A DNA stretch of 60,436 bases, filler included. It is 5 parts of 5 records of this genome, joined end to end, with 100 filler letters (N's around TTAATTAATTAA, not from the genome) between each part and the next. Parts side by side here need not be neighbours in the genome. Positions count along the whole stretch, not along the records: positions 1 to 17,093 come from DRR723986_8055; 4 more parts are not named here. One strand, 5' to 3'. How positions within the stretch are numbered: position 1 is the stretch's first letter; the number at the start of each line of letters is the position of its first letter. Below the pieces are notes generated by a model. It was not told the DNA's origin and did not search any database. It was given only the letters and a program-made list of their open reading frames with translations. This document shows positions 1 to 9,356 of the stretch, piece after piece. Position numbers and translations under genes: made by a program.

Positions 1-321
1 TGAATCGCCTAAACCGCAATGTAAGAAGCGATAATCAAGCTCAAAGACCCTGGATTTTCCAGGAAAAGTTGCCAACTATTAAACTGCGGACTTTACGGCG
101 ACTTGTCGCGTTAGCTCAGTTTTAGAACCCTGCATTGCGATCAACTGGACACTTGCCGAGGCCACTTAAGGGAAGTTAACGCCCCGTAAGCAAGCCTGGC
201 GTACCTCCGCCATAGATATTGGCTTCGAAATTCGCCCCATAATGCAAAAAAGTTCCTTCGGGGGGTGACTTCCGCGCAGCCTCTTCTCACCAGAACTAGC
301 AGTCCAAGATTTAACCCCATT

Positions 322-416
322 CAACTTCGTAGAGTGGGTGCAACCACCAAACATCGTCCAACTTCGGAGGGTGGGTGAACCCCACCAGAAACTCGCATTG
401 GTGGGGTCAACCCACC
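322..416. repeat. Cluster of three REP-like palindromic elements (GTGGGT..CCCACC type), the third inverted
   Basis: caacttcgtagagtgggtgcaaccacca (322-349), caacttcggagggtgggtgaaccccacca (359-387), tggtggggtcaacccacc (399-416); intergenic, downstream of the ABC permease stop. Confidence 0.6.
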
Positions 417-492
417 GGTTCAGCCAACCTGCGACTGACAACTTCGTTAAGTTGCGACGGTTGGGATTGGTGATTTCATGCTCTACGGAGTT

Positions 493-2802
493 TTAGGCTA
501 GTTCGGCGCGGACGACTTGCCGAGTTCCTTCGTCGCGGCGTGCGATGACGAATAAGAGTGCTACGGAGAACATGACACTCATCGTGATCCACTGAGGGCT
601 GTACTCCCATCCGCCAGCGCCGTCTTCCAAAGCCCAAGAAAAGACCGGGCTGATCGTGGCACCATTGGCCGCGAAATGCGCTAGGCTAAGCGACAAGGCG
701 TTGTTGATCAAGTGAATCACAATCGTACAAATTACTCCACCGGTTCGCCAAGCAACAATGCCAAGCAAAACGCCCATGACGCAAGCTGCTAACGATTGCT
801 GCAGAACAGAGTGGGTGAATCCGAAGAAGAGAGCCGATACGACAATCGCTCGCAACACTCCACCTTGACGCAAAAGGCCGCCAAAGATGAAGCCGCGGAA
901 AGTGAGTTCTTCACAGATTGCAGGCAACACAGCCATCAAGAGCAATACGGCCCATAAGGGCTGAGCCATAACCGTCGCCTGGACCATCTCAAGAGCAGCC
1001 TTCGTCTCAGGGCTGAACGAGTAGACGATCGAAATCGCTTTGCCCAAGACCATGTAACTCGGGTGCAGTGCAAAGCCAAGCAAAACGGCTGCAGCTAGGT
1101 GGGTTGGTTGAACTCGGTGAATCCGGAGTGCATGTCGAATCGATTTCGTTAAGAACGCGGCCAGCAACACGGCGGGCATCAGGATAATGGCAATCTGCAC
1201 CACTGTCGTAGAAATAACAAACGATTTCCAACTGAACAGTGAACCACCCGCGGCAAACTGAGCAAAGAACATCGTGACGATGATAATCAAGCCGCATAGC
1301 AAGGCTTCTGGCGGTGACGCAGTCTTCTCGCGATCTCGCCACAAGTGATGAACCCAGAGTTTCAGGTTCCAACGCTCCGCTTCTCGGAACATGACCGATT
1401 CACTCTCAAACTGCCGAATAGCCCAACGAATCGACAAAGCGCAGCAGCACAGTGTTACAATCATGACCAGTGGCAAGTGGACCAGCGCTAGTGAGTAGTC
1501 ACCTTCGATGAGGGACCGGACAAGGAACACTGCACCGGCTACAGGTACCAAGCTTGTTCCGAGATTTAACTCGAGACTGGGTAGCATTGGAAGTGCAACC
1601 AGGGGAAGCGTGACTAACAGCAGCGGCATCAGGTAATACTGCCCCTCTTTGGTGCTGCGTGCCAACGCGGCCACGGCCAGGGCCAGAGCACTGAAAAATG
1701 CGGCCATCGGAATCAGCAATAGGACCAACCAACCAAGCGCGGCGAAGGGCATCGGCCCCAATGCTTCTGCAAGTTGGCCTCCTCCAGCAGCACCGAGTTG
1801 TTTGACGATCAGGCCAGCGGTCACGTGCATGCTCATCAGATTCAGGAGTGCACTTCCAACGCTGAAGACGCTGATCGTGAGCAGTTTGCCCCAGACGATC
1901 TCTTTTCGGCGAGCTGGGCTGGAAAGGAGAGTTTCCAGCGTGCCGCGTTCCTTTTCGCCGGCGCACAGGTCGATCGCCGGGTAGAACGCGCCGGTCAGTG
2001 CCCAGATGAGCATCACGAAGGGAAGGACTTTCGACCACAGCATGGCGCGTTTGACGCTGCTTTCTGCAGTGTCCAGTTCTGCCAATTGAAGCGGTTCAAC
2101 CAAGCGAGGATTGACGCCCGCGTGAGCCAATTGCGCCGCGGTCCAGTCGCGTTTCCATTGGGTTAAGATCAAATTCAACCTCTGGCTGGCGATCTGGGAA
2201 TGGTCGCGAGCAAGGTTAGCAATTAGGTGTAAGCCATCGCTTTCACCCAGCTCGATTGGAGCGGGCGATTCGCTGGCCAGTGCGGCGATGTCTTGTCCTT
2301 CTTCGCTTCCGCTGCCATTGTTGGCGTTCTGCAGGGTGTCCTCGTTTGGTGCGGCCAGGCTTTCACCGCCCTTCGATGCCAAGAGATTCTCAAAATCGGG
2401 TGCAACGATCAGCACAGCGTCATACTGATTCGTGCTCAGTTTCTGCTGCGCGTCTGCTTTCCAAAGCTCCAGTTGCTCTTCGGTCGATTTGCCTGCGTGG
2501 ACTTCTCGGTCCCAGGCAACCGTCTCCAGCTCCACGAGACTCGCGAGCTTTGGATCATAGGTCTGTACGGCTAGTGAACCGTCACCGTTGATCAACGGTA
2601 AACTGCTCGGCCAATTCTCTTGCCCGATTACTTGAACTCGGACCGTGTACTCGCGTTTGAACTGCGCAATCTGCATCATCAGCATGCCGAGCAGCGGATA
2701 AAGCAGGATGGGGAGTACAGTTATTGTGAAGAGCGTGCGTCGATCGCGTAGTTGATCGTTCAGCTCTCGCATGAAGATAAGGTGGACGTGCTGCCAGTTC
2801 AT
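493..2802 (-). CDS. natB: NatB-like ABC permease fused to a C-terminal CPBP (Abi/CAAX) intramembrane protease domain
   Basis: [15 protein letters not shown]-terminus, [16 protein letters not shown]-2 motif, [22 protein letters not shown] motifs; ATG at 2802 overlaps the ATPase stop (ATGA). Confidence 0.85.
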   Translation of the reverse strand: MNWQHVHLIFMRELNDQLRDRRTLFTITVLPILLYPLLGMLMMQIAQFKREYTVRVQVIGQENWPSSLPLINGDGSLAVQTYDPKLASLVELETVAWDREVHAGKSTEEQLELWKADAQQKLSTNQYDAVLIVAPDFENLLASKGGESLAAPNEDTLQNANNGSGSEEGQDIAALASESPAPIELGESDGLHLIANLARDHSQIASQRLNLILTQWKRDWTAAQLAHAGVNPRLVEPLQLAELDTAESSVKRAMLWSKVLPFVMLIWALTGAFYPAIDLCAGEKERGTLETLLSSPARRKEIVWGKLLTISVFSVGSALLNLMSMHVTAGLIVKQLGAAGGGQLAEALGPMPFAALGWLVLLLIPMAAFFSALALAVAALARSTKEGQYYLMPLLLVTLPLVALPMLPSLELNLGTSLVPVAGAVFLVRSLIEGDYSLALVHLPLVMIVTLCCCALSIRWAIRQFESESVMFREAERWNLKLWVHHLWRDREKTASPPEALLCGLIIIVTMFFAQFAAGGSLFSWKSFVISTTVVQIAIILMPAVLLAAFLTKSIRHALRIHRVQPTHLAAAVLLGFALHPSYMVLGKAISIVYSFSPETKAALEMVQATVMAQPLWAVLLLMAVLPAICEELTFRGFIFGGLLRQGGVLRAIVVSALFFGFTHSVLQQSLAACVMGVLLGIVAWRTGGVICTIVIHLINNALSLSLAHFAANGATISPVFSWALEDGAGGWEYSPQWITMSVMFSVALLFVIARRDEGTRQVVRAELA

Positions 2803-3602
2803 TGTACCGCCTCCAAAGCATTGCAGGCCGAGCCATTCCGCTCGGCGGCTTGTTCTTGACGACGGCGATCGCAATCGACGAGCAGCTTGAAAAACATTTC
2901 TTCGAAGTCTGGTTCATCGTGCTGCTGTGCTAGCTCTTCAAGTGTTCCAGTCGCAAGTGTCTGTCCGTGATAAAGGATCGCAACTCGATCGCACAGCCGT
3001 TCCACCTCTCGCATGATGTGTGTCGAAAAGATGATGCACTTGCCTTCGTCCTTGAGACTGGCAATGATGTCCAGCAACGCCCTTGCTACCATGACGTCCA
3101 ACCCAAGGGATGCTTCATCAAACACTAGCACCGGTGGATCGTGCACGATGGCGCGTGCAATCGACACCTTTTGCCGCATGCCGGTCGACATGCGAGCTCC
3201 AGAGACGTTGCGGATCTCGTTCATGTTGAGCTGTTCGAAGACAGCCTCCATCCGAGACTCCAGCGTGTCCGCTTCTAAGCCGTAGAGTTTGCCAAAGTAC
3301 TCAACCATCTCCCATGCCGTCATGCGGTCATAGATCGCCGTGTTGCTGGAGACAAAGCCGATGCTGTGACGCACTTCGTAGGGGTGAGTGACGACGTCGA
3401 ATCCGTTCACCCTAGCATGGCCACTGGTCGGGCGAAGGACGGTACTTAAGATCCGAAGCGCTGTGGTCTTGCCTGCTCCGTTGGGCCCCAGCAGACCGAA
3501 GATTTCCCCCTGCGAAACCTGAAAACTGACTCGGTCGAGGGCTAAGAATTGCCCCGATTGAAGGTCGGGATAGGCTTTGGTCAGCTCGTCAGCTTCAACC
3601 AT
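2799..3602 (-). CDS. natA: NatA-like ABC transporter ATP-binding protein
   Basis: Walker A GPNGAGKT, signature MSTGMRQK, Walker B VLVFDE, H-loop STH; AGGAG RBS before ATG 3602. Confidence 0.85.
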   Translation of the reverse strand: MVEADELTKAYPDLQSGQFLALDRVSFQVSQGEIFGLLGPNGAGKTTALRILSTVLRPTSGHARVNGFDVVTHPYEVRHSIGFVSSNTAIYDRMTAWEMVEYFGKLYGLEADTLESRMEAVFEQLNMNEIRNVSGARMSTGMRQKVSIARAIVHDPPVLVFDEASLGLDVMVARALLDIIASLKDEGKCIIFSTHIMREVERLCDRVAILYHGQTLATGTLEELAQQHDEPDFEEMFFKLLVDCDRRRQEQAAERNGSACNALEAVQ

Positions 3603-3750
3603 TATCAGCTCCTGGAACAAGCGTGGATTTGGGGCATGTGCAGTATTCCAACCTTCGCAGGGGCGTTCTGTGGAGGTTGCGGGCCGTTTTGTCGCGACTG
3701 GGTCCGGTTGGCAGGCTGATCAGGTGTGCTGGAGAGTCCACCAGCGGCCC

Positions 3751-5694
3751 TTACGCTTGCCCGGACAGACTGGACGGCGCAGCATCGGTTTGATTTGGCA
3801 TGGACAGTGGCGGTCGCCCGCCTCCGGAAGTGCTGGCCTTCGCAGGTGCGGGCTCATGGGCGGCATCCTCGGAAGCGCCATCCGCTTGGGCACCAGCTTC
3901 GGCGGCTGGAGCGGTCTTCGGTCGGACGGTGTTCGCGTGCTCGGCAAACGACAATTCACCAAGTCCACCAAGCAGCTCTTGGCTCAGTGATTCTTCACAG
4001 CCATTTGAATCGGTCATTGCTGCGACAACGCCCTGAACGCGTCGGCGGTCAATGGGTTCATTGCCTTGTGGGGAAGCTGGAGCCGTCTGTGTCGTCGCCG
4101 TTGGTGTTATCGCCGTCTGTGGGATCACATCTGAGCGGCGATTGTCGTGTCCTCCACGATTGTCACTGCCACGACGATTTTCACTCCCTCGGCGTCTTCG
4201 TTCAGCTCCGGCCGGTAACGCACCGGCGTCAGCTACGCGAACTTGGTCACTCATTCGGCGACCAACGCCCGCGAAATCGGAAGCTCTGCGTCCGAAGCCA
4301 CCTGTGGGTTGTAGATCCATTGGACTGAACAGGAAGACGAGCCCAAGGCCAAACATCAGGCCGCATCCTGTGGCAGCGGCTACGATGGTCGCCTTACCAG
4401 GACCGACGGGGGTTTCGCCCACCAGCGGATCATCTAAACGAGTCACCAAGCTCGAAGTACTGGCTGCATTGCGCGAAGCGACCGCGCTAGCGAGTTCCAT
4501 TTCCGCTCGCTGCAGTTGTTCATTTCGACTGCGCACTTCAGCGGCTACATTGGAGTAGTCTGCCCGAATGCCGGCGAGAACCGAAAGTCGTTCTTCCAGG
4601 TATTCTTGTTTGCTCTTGAGGCGTCGCGCTCGTTCGGCTGTGATCTCAAGCTCTTGTTCTAGGTTATCGATCGCGACAGCAAGTTCGTCGTGAATTTGTT
4701 CCACGATTTTCGCTTCGGTGGCCTTGGCGGCTACGACCTGCGGATGCTGTTCTTTGAATCTTCCAGTCAACTCGCTTCGAGTGATCGATGCATCAGCAAG
4801 CCCTTGACGAAGCTTTAGTAGTCCTGGGTTGCTGGACAGTACCTTGGCGGGTGCGGAAAGGAACTTCTTCGGCGACTCAAGAGACTCTAGCGCAACGCCA
4901 TGTTCCGCTTGAAGTTGTTGCTGACGTAGCTCTACAGCCAAGAGCTCACTCTTAACGGCGTCCAGGCGAGTACGATTGGCGCTTCCGCCAACGTTCGCGT
5001 CGGTCAGACTGCGTAGATCGCTAAGGTCCGCACCAGCCGATGCTTCGAGCTTCTTCAGTTTTTCAGTCGAAGTCTCCAAAGCCACGCGTGCACTTTCTGC
5101 AGCGGTCTTTAGTTCTGCGATGACACCGTCGGCCCGAACACGCCGAACCTCCTGCAAGTGTTTTTCGAGTTCTTCAGTGACGGCACGGTTGAGTTTGTTC
5201 GCATGCTCAGGCGTCTTTGCCGAAACGTCCAAGTAGATCACCTCAGTTGTGCCAAGTTCCGCACCGCGCGGAGCACGAACCTCAATGCCGTCTTTCGCGA
5301 GTGCCTCGACCTCTTTGGATGTAGGTGAACCAGAGGGGGCTTTTTTGCCGAACAGCTTGCTCAAACCCAGGGGATCTTTGCTGGGCTCGCGACCAACCTT
5401 GGTGAGAGCATTACGAAGTACCTGGGGATTTCTGGCCATCTCAAGAATTGTCTCTTGAGCAGCCTTCATCGCCGTTTGGCTTTCAAAGCGTCCTAAACGC
5501 ATGACTCCGCCGTTGGCTTCGTCGCGTACCAGTAATCCCTGGGATGAAACCCACTTGTCTTCTTTAAGAAGCGTTGCGTAGCCGACGCCCAACCCGCCGA
5601 AAAGCAGGGTGGTGAATACCCACAACAAACGCCATTGCCAGTACGTCTTTAGAAGAGTTAGCAGGTGTTTATTGGTTATCTTGGGAGCAGTCAT
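3751..5694 (-). CDS. GumC/Wzz-like polysaccharide co-polymerase with a long low-complexity Arg-rich C-terminal tail and no kinase domain
   Basis: N-terminal TM, long coiled coil, FKEQHPQV motif, P-x-GP before the second TM; no Walker motifs after TM2. Confidence 0.75.
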   Translation of the reverse strand: MTAPKITNKHLLTLLKTYWQWRLLWVFTTLLFGGLGVGYATLLKEDKWVSSQGLLVRDEANGGVMRLGRFESQTAMKAAQETILEMARNPQVLRNALTKVGREPSKDPLGLSKLFGKKAPSGSPTSKEVEALAKDGIEVRAPRGAELGTTEVIYLDVSAKTPEHANKLNRAVTEELEKHLQEVRRVRADGVIAELKTAAESARVALETSTEKLKKLEASAGADLSDLRSLTDANVGGSANRTRLDAVKSELLAVELRQQQLQAEHGVALESLESPKKFLSAPAKVLSSNPGLLKLRQGLADASITRSELTGRFKEQHPQVVAAKATEAKIVEQIHDELAVAIDNLEQELEITAERARRLKSKQEYLEERLSVLAGIRADYSNVAAEVRSRNEQLQRAEMELASAVASRNAASTSSLVTRLDDPLVGETPVGPGKATIVAAATGCGLMFGLGLVFLFSPMDLQPTGGFGRRASDFAGVGRRMSDQVRVADAGALPAGAERRRRGSENRRGSDNRGGHDNRRSDVIPQTAITPTATTQTAPASPQGNEPIDRRRVQGVVAAMTDSNGCEESLSQELLGGLGELSFAEHANTVRPKTAPAAEAGAQADGASEDAAHEPAPAKASTSGGGRPPLSMPNQTDAAPSSLSGQA

Positions 5695-6119
5695 CTCAAG
5701 CATCAGCCAGAAGAGTCGCAAAGGCAATCAGTACCAGCCAGCATTTCGAGTGCACTGCCTCGCGATTTGTTCGGGCCGCAATGCCCCGTTAACCGCTATA
5801 GAGTGAACCGAAAGTGGCGACGGGCGCATTGCCCGACGAGGAACCGTAGCTCACGATTGGTGGTGCTGCGCCGTTGACTGCCGTGCCGAGATTGCTGTAT
5901 CGCAAGCATTCACGCGGTCGTAGGGAAGATTCCGGTCGTAAGCCGACCAGTCTGTAGAAGGATGGCTGATTGGGCAGTGCCAGAAGCCGCTAGATGCCAG
6001 CAGTAACAAAGGACCTACAGATGATTCTTGGCACTGCTAAATTGCGGCTTCTAATAGAAGTAGGATGGGCGAAATCCACCACTCGGATGCTCACGAGTCC
6101 AGCTACGAGCGCTCCGCTG

Positions 6120-6872
6120 CTAGCGAAGAACACCGCCGGGTGAGCCGCCGGGCGGACTGGCCAGAAACGATGGTGGATCGGTGGCGATACCTGAATCCAA
6201 ACCAGATGCACCGGAAGGCGATCCAGCGGAGTTAGCGATATACTGCTTCCAAGCGGCGATGTCGCCACCATGATCTTCGCCGGAAATTGTTCTCAGTGAC
6301 TGGGCGACTCGATACTGAATGACGGGACTCTGATCGTCTAGCAAGGAGTTGAAGCTGCGCAGGACAACTGCGTCACCAAAGGCGGCCAAGCTTGCGACTG
6401 CAGCCTGGCGAACACTGGCTGTTTCGTCCTCGTTCTTTGCAACCGAAAGAAGCATGTCGCGAGCATCAGTGCCGGTTTGTTGTTTCCACGCCTCACATGC
6501 AGCAATCCTGACTTTTTCGCTGTCGTCAATTGTCGCCAAGTTCAGAGCTTCGATAACGGCAGCGTCCGCGACGCCTGCGATCGCACGCACCGCCTTGGCT
6601 CGCATCTCAGAGCTCGGATCATTCTTAATGACACTGGCCAGAGTGAGCACCCACTTCTGCTGTTCTGCAGGATCCATGTTCGCCAAGCGCTGGGATGCGT
6701 AGATCAACTCGTTGTATCGATCTTCGTAGGTCGGGCCGTGTTCACGGTCCTTCTCCCACTGCGATGTGTAGTACGGATTGATGCGTTTTAGGTTGTAAAG
6801 TGGTCCATCGACACAGCCAGAACCGATGCACGTGCAGAAACTCAGTGCCAGCAGGGCGAGTTGGCGTTTCAT
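6120..6872 (-). CDS. HEAT-repeat lipoprotein
   Basis: Signal peptide ending GSGC; repeated DxxxxVRxxAxxAL helical units. Confidence 0.75.
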   Translation of the reverse strand: MKRQLALLALSFCTCIGSGCVDGPLYNLKRINPYYTSQWEKDREHGPTYEDRYNELIYASQRLANMDPAEQQKWVLTLASVIKNDPSSEMRAKAVRAIAGVADAAVIEALNLATIDDSEKVRIAACEAWKQQTGTDARDMLLSVAKNEDETASVRQAAVASLAAFGDAVVLRSFNSLLDDQSPVIQYRVAQSLRTISGEDHGGDIAAWKQYIANSAGSPSGASGLDSGIATDPPSFLASPPGGSPGGVLR

Positions 6873-6948
6873 TGTCGATAGTCTTTGTGAAGGCTGATAG
6901 ATCATGTGTTGTTTCATCGATATGTTCTTCCCTGCAAACCTCGCGAGT

Positions 6949-8343
6949 TTAGTCAAGGAAACCTCCCGCTGATCTAACTTGAGGGCTCGAGCGCGGGCCG
7001 CTTGCACTTCCGCGGTTGCTGGATTCGCCCTGGTAAGGCCCCGGCGCAGGTGCGGGGCGACTGCCACTGGCGGGCCGGACAACGCTGCGTTCGAATTCTG
7101 AATTCGTGCCTGCCGTGTGTCCGCCGGTGGAGCGGAGGTCCGAATTGTTTCGACTGGAGCCTGCGTGCAGCGTTCCCGCTGGAGTTGGCTCGGCTAAGTT
7201 GCCCCGCGAGGGCGCCCGAGGAGTCCACACAGTCTTGCCAGTCGATTCCGACCAAAGGAAAATTTCTTTGTAGCCCACGACGCGGCGGCCATCTTTGAAT
7301 GTGTATCTCGCAAAGACGAGCACTTTGTCGGCTCGTGGGTTTTGACCGTTCCACGGTAGACGAAGGTGGATACCTTGCTGTGCGCCGATTGGCTCCATCT
7401 TGCCTTTGACATCGTCCTCGGTGTACGACCAAAGCCCAATGCGATCTTGGCCCTTCGGCAGTGACGGATCGAGGATAGCAATCTGCAATTGCCCCGGTAC
7501 GTTGACCATCTGCCCGTGACGATTTTTCGGTTGCAGGACAATGTAAACTCCATCGTCGCCATCTTCACCGTCTAGATCGATTGCTCGAGTGATGGTCGGA
7601 TGGAAGGCGATTTCGATTACGCGTTTGTCAGTGACTTGTTGAACGGCTGGTGTTAGCGATGCCTTTTCGGGAAGGGCATGCGACGCGGTGAGAGCAGGCA
7701 CTTGTACCTGGGACAGACTTAGCTCCATTTCGCTATCGGGCAGTTCTGCTGGTGCGCTTGCAACCACATCGTCTTGCGTTTGCTGTCCAAAACCAATGGA
7801 TGGCGGCTCGGATTGTTGCGGCGCAATGGGAAAGTCGGATTGTGTGCCCGACCGGCCATCAGCGGCTGGGCTGCCACGCGTTTGAAAGCCCTCGGGTGGT
7901 TCAAGCAGCGAGACGGGCGGTGCTCCCTCGGATCCCATCTCAATGGCAGGTGGGGAAACTGAATCCAAATCAAAATCGCCGGTGTCATCAAATCCATCGT
8001 TGCCCGGAGGTGATGGCAGGGAGTTGCGTGTGCTGGGGCGGTTGGAGCGAGGCGGAGTCGGAGACTTTGTTCGGCCGCGGGTCAAATCGTCCAGAATGGA
8101 CGGACGACGCGTCTCAGTTGAATTTGCCCCGTCGCTCTCCAGATAGTCGAGCTGTCGTTGCAGGGATGCGTTCTGATTCTCCAGCCGCCGATACTCGTAG
8201 TCGTACTCGTACAACTGATCTTCTAAATCCCGGATCTCGGCACTCATCGTCTCAATGTACAAATCGTCGCGTGCTCGACCGCGGCAGCCGCTCAACAGCG
8301 CACCGACAGCCAGCATACCCAACAGGTACTGGATCCGGTGCAT
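6949..8343 (-). CDS. Hypothetical lipoprotein (N-terminal coiled coil, Pro/Ser-rich linker, C-terminal globular domain)
   Basis: Lipobox LLSGC after MHRIQ start; long ORF co-oriented with the HEAT lipoprotein. Confidence 0.7.
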   Translation of the reverse strand: MHRIQYLLGMLAVGALLSGCRGRARDDLYIETMSAEIRDLEDQLYEYDYEYRRLENQNASLQRQLDYLESDGANSTETRRPSILDDLTRGRTKSPTPPRSNRPSTRNSLPSPPGNDGFDDTGDFDLDSVSPPAIEMGSEGAPPVSLLEPPEGFQTRGSPAADGRSGTQSDFPIAPQQSEPPSIGFGQQTQDDVVASAPAELPDSEMELSLSQVQVPALTASHALPEKASLTPAVQQVTDKRVIEIAFHPTITRAIDLDGEDGDDGVYIVLQPKNRHGQMVNVPGQLQIAILDPSLPKGQDRIGLWSYTEDDVKGKMEPIGAQQGIHLRLPWNGQNPRADKVLVFARYTFKDGRRVVGYKEIFLWSESTGKTVWTPRAPSRGNLAEPTPAGTLHAGSSRNNSDLRSTGGHTAGTNSEFERSVVRPASGSRPAPAPGPYQGESSNRGSASGPRSSPQVRSAGGFLD

Positions 8344-8536
8344 TGAAGTAAGTCTTGGTGGCCGTCTCACGTGTGTGCCGCTTAAGCTACTGCTTTGCTG
8401 CAATCCTGCCGTCGAAGGTGGTGCTTCTGAGCAGAATCGTTAAAGTTCTCTGTGCGAAGTACCGAAACTCGGCAGCCGGTGTCAAGACGAGCTGAACCGA
8501 AAGCTACCAATCTGCCTGCGTAATAGTGCCAACACC

Positions 8537-9253
8537 ATGAAGCTTCGAGTCCTGTTTGAGGACAATCACCTCCTGGTCGTCGACAAGAATGCTGGCATTG
8601 CCACGATGGGCAGTGCTGCTGGGCAAACGTCGATGGTAGAAATGGCCGCGGCGTACTTGAAGGAGAAGTACAACAAGCCAGGCAACGTGTTCGTAGGCGT
8701 GGTCAGCCGTCTGGATCGGCTGGTGACCGGAGTGCTCGTATTGGCTCGAACCAGCAAGGCAGCCTCGCGGCTTAGTGAGCAGTTTCGCCAGAGGAGTCCA
8801 ACGAAACGCTACGTTGCCATCGTTGAAGGGGCCATTGATAGCAAGCGGAAGGATGACGAGGGCTGGATTCTTCTGAGAGATCACGTCGTCAAGAATGACG
8901 CTCGCCATCGCATGGAGATCAGCCGTGGTGCGGGCGGGCAACTTGCCGAGATGAAAATCCGCGTTCTGACGCAATCGAGAAAGCGTAGCCTAGTCGAAGT
9001 GGATTTGATGACCGGAAGGAAGCATCAGATTCGATTGCAACTAAGTGCACTTGGGCACCCGATCGTGGGTGACCAAAAATATGGTAGCAGCCACCGCGAA
9101 ATTTCCAGTGGCATTGCACTCCACTGTTCGCAGCTTGTCATTCAACACCCGACGCTTCGCCAGCCGCTTCAATTCCAGACGTCGTGCCAGAACGTTTGGA
9201 AATCTCTGTTGCTGCCAGACGAAATCGAAGCCATCACAGCAAACGGCCTCTGA
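8537..9253 (+). CDS. RluA-family RNA pseudouridine synthase
   Basis: VLFEDNHLLVVDK, SRLDRLVTG catalytic motif, TGRKHQIR, PIVGDQKYG, ALH. Confidence 0.92.
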   Translation: MKLRVLFEDNHLLVVDKNAGIATMGSAAGQTSMVEMAAAYLKEKYNKPGNVFVGVVSRLDRLVTGVLVLARTSKAASRLSEQFRQRSPTKRYVAIVEGAIDSKRKDDEGWILLRDHVVKNDARHRMEISRGAGGQLAEMKIRVLTQSRKRSLVEVDLMTGRKHQIRLQLSALGHPIVGDQKYGSSHREISSGIALHCSQLVIQHPTLRQPLQFQTSCQNVWKSLLLPDEIEAITANGL

Positions 9254-9303
9254 CACCTGCTACCTGTGGGCCAGTGCTACCTGAGGCCACAGTCTCGCCC
9301 TGC

Positions 9304-9356
9304 GACATCCGATTGGCGTAGGACATCCGATCGCCGTAGGACATCCTATCGCCTAC
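9304..9356. repeat. 18-bp tandem repeat x3
   Basis: gacatccgattggcgtag / gacatccgatcgccgtag / gacatcctatcgcctac, between convergent genes. Confidence 0.8.

Noticed and set aside
166-441. 91-aa ORF at the window start
   Set aside because: It runs through REP-like repeats and has no protein-like features.
9304-9356. CRISPR array
   Set aside because: Units are contiguous 18-mers with no spacers, and there are no cas genes.
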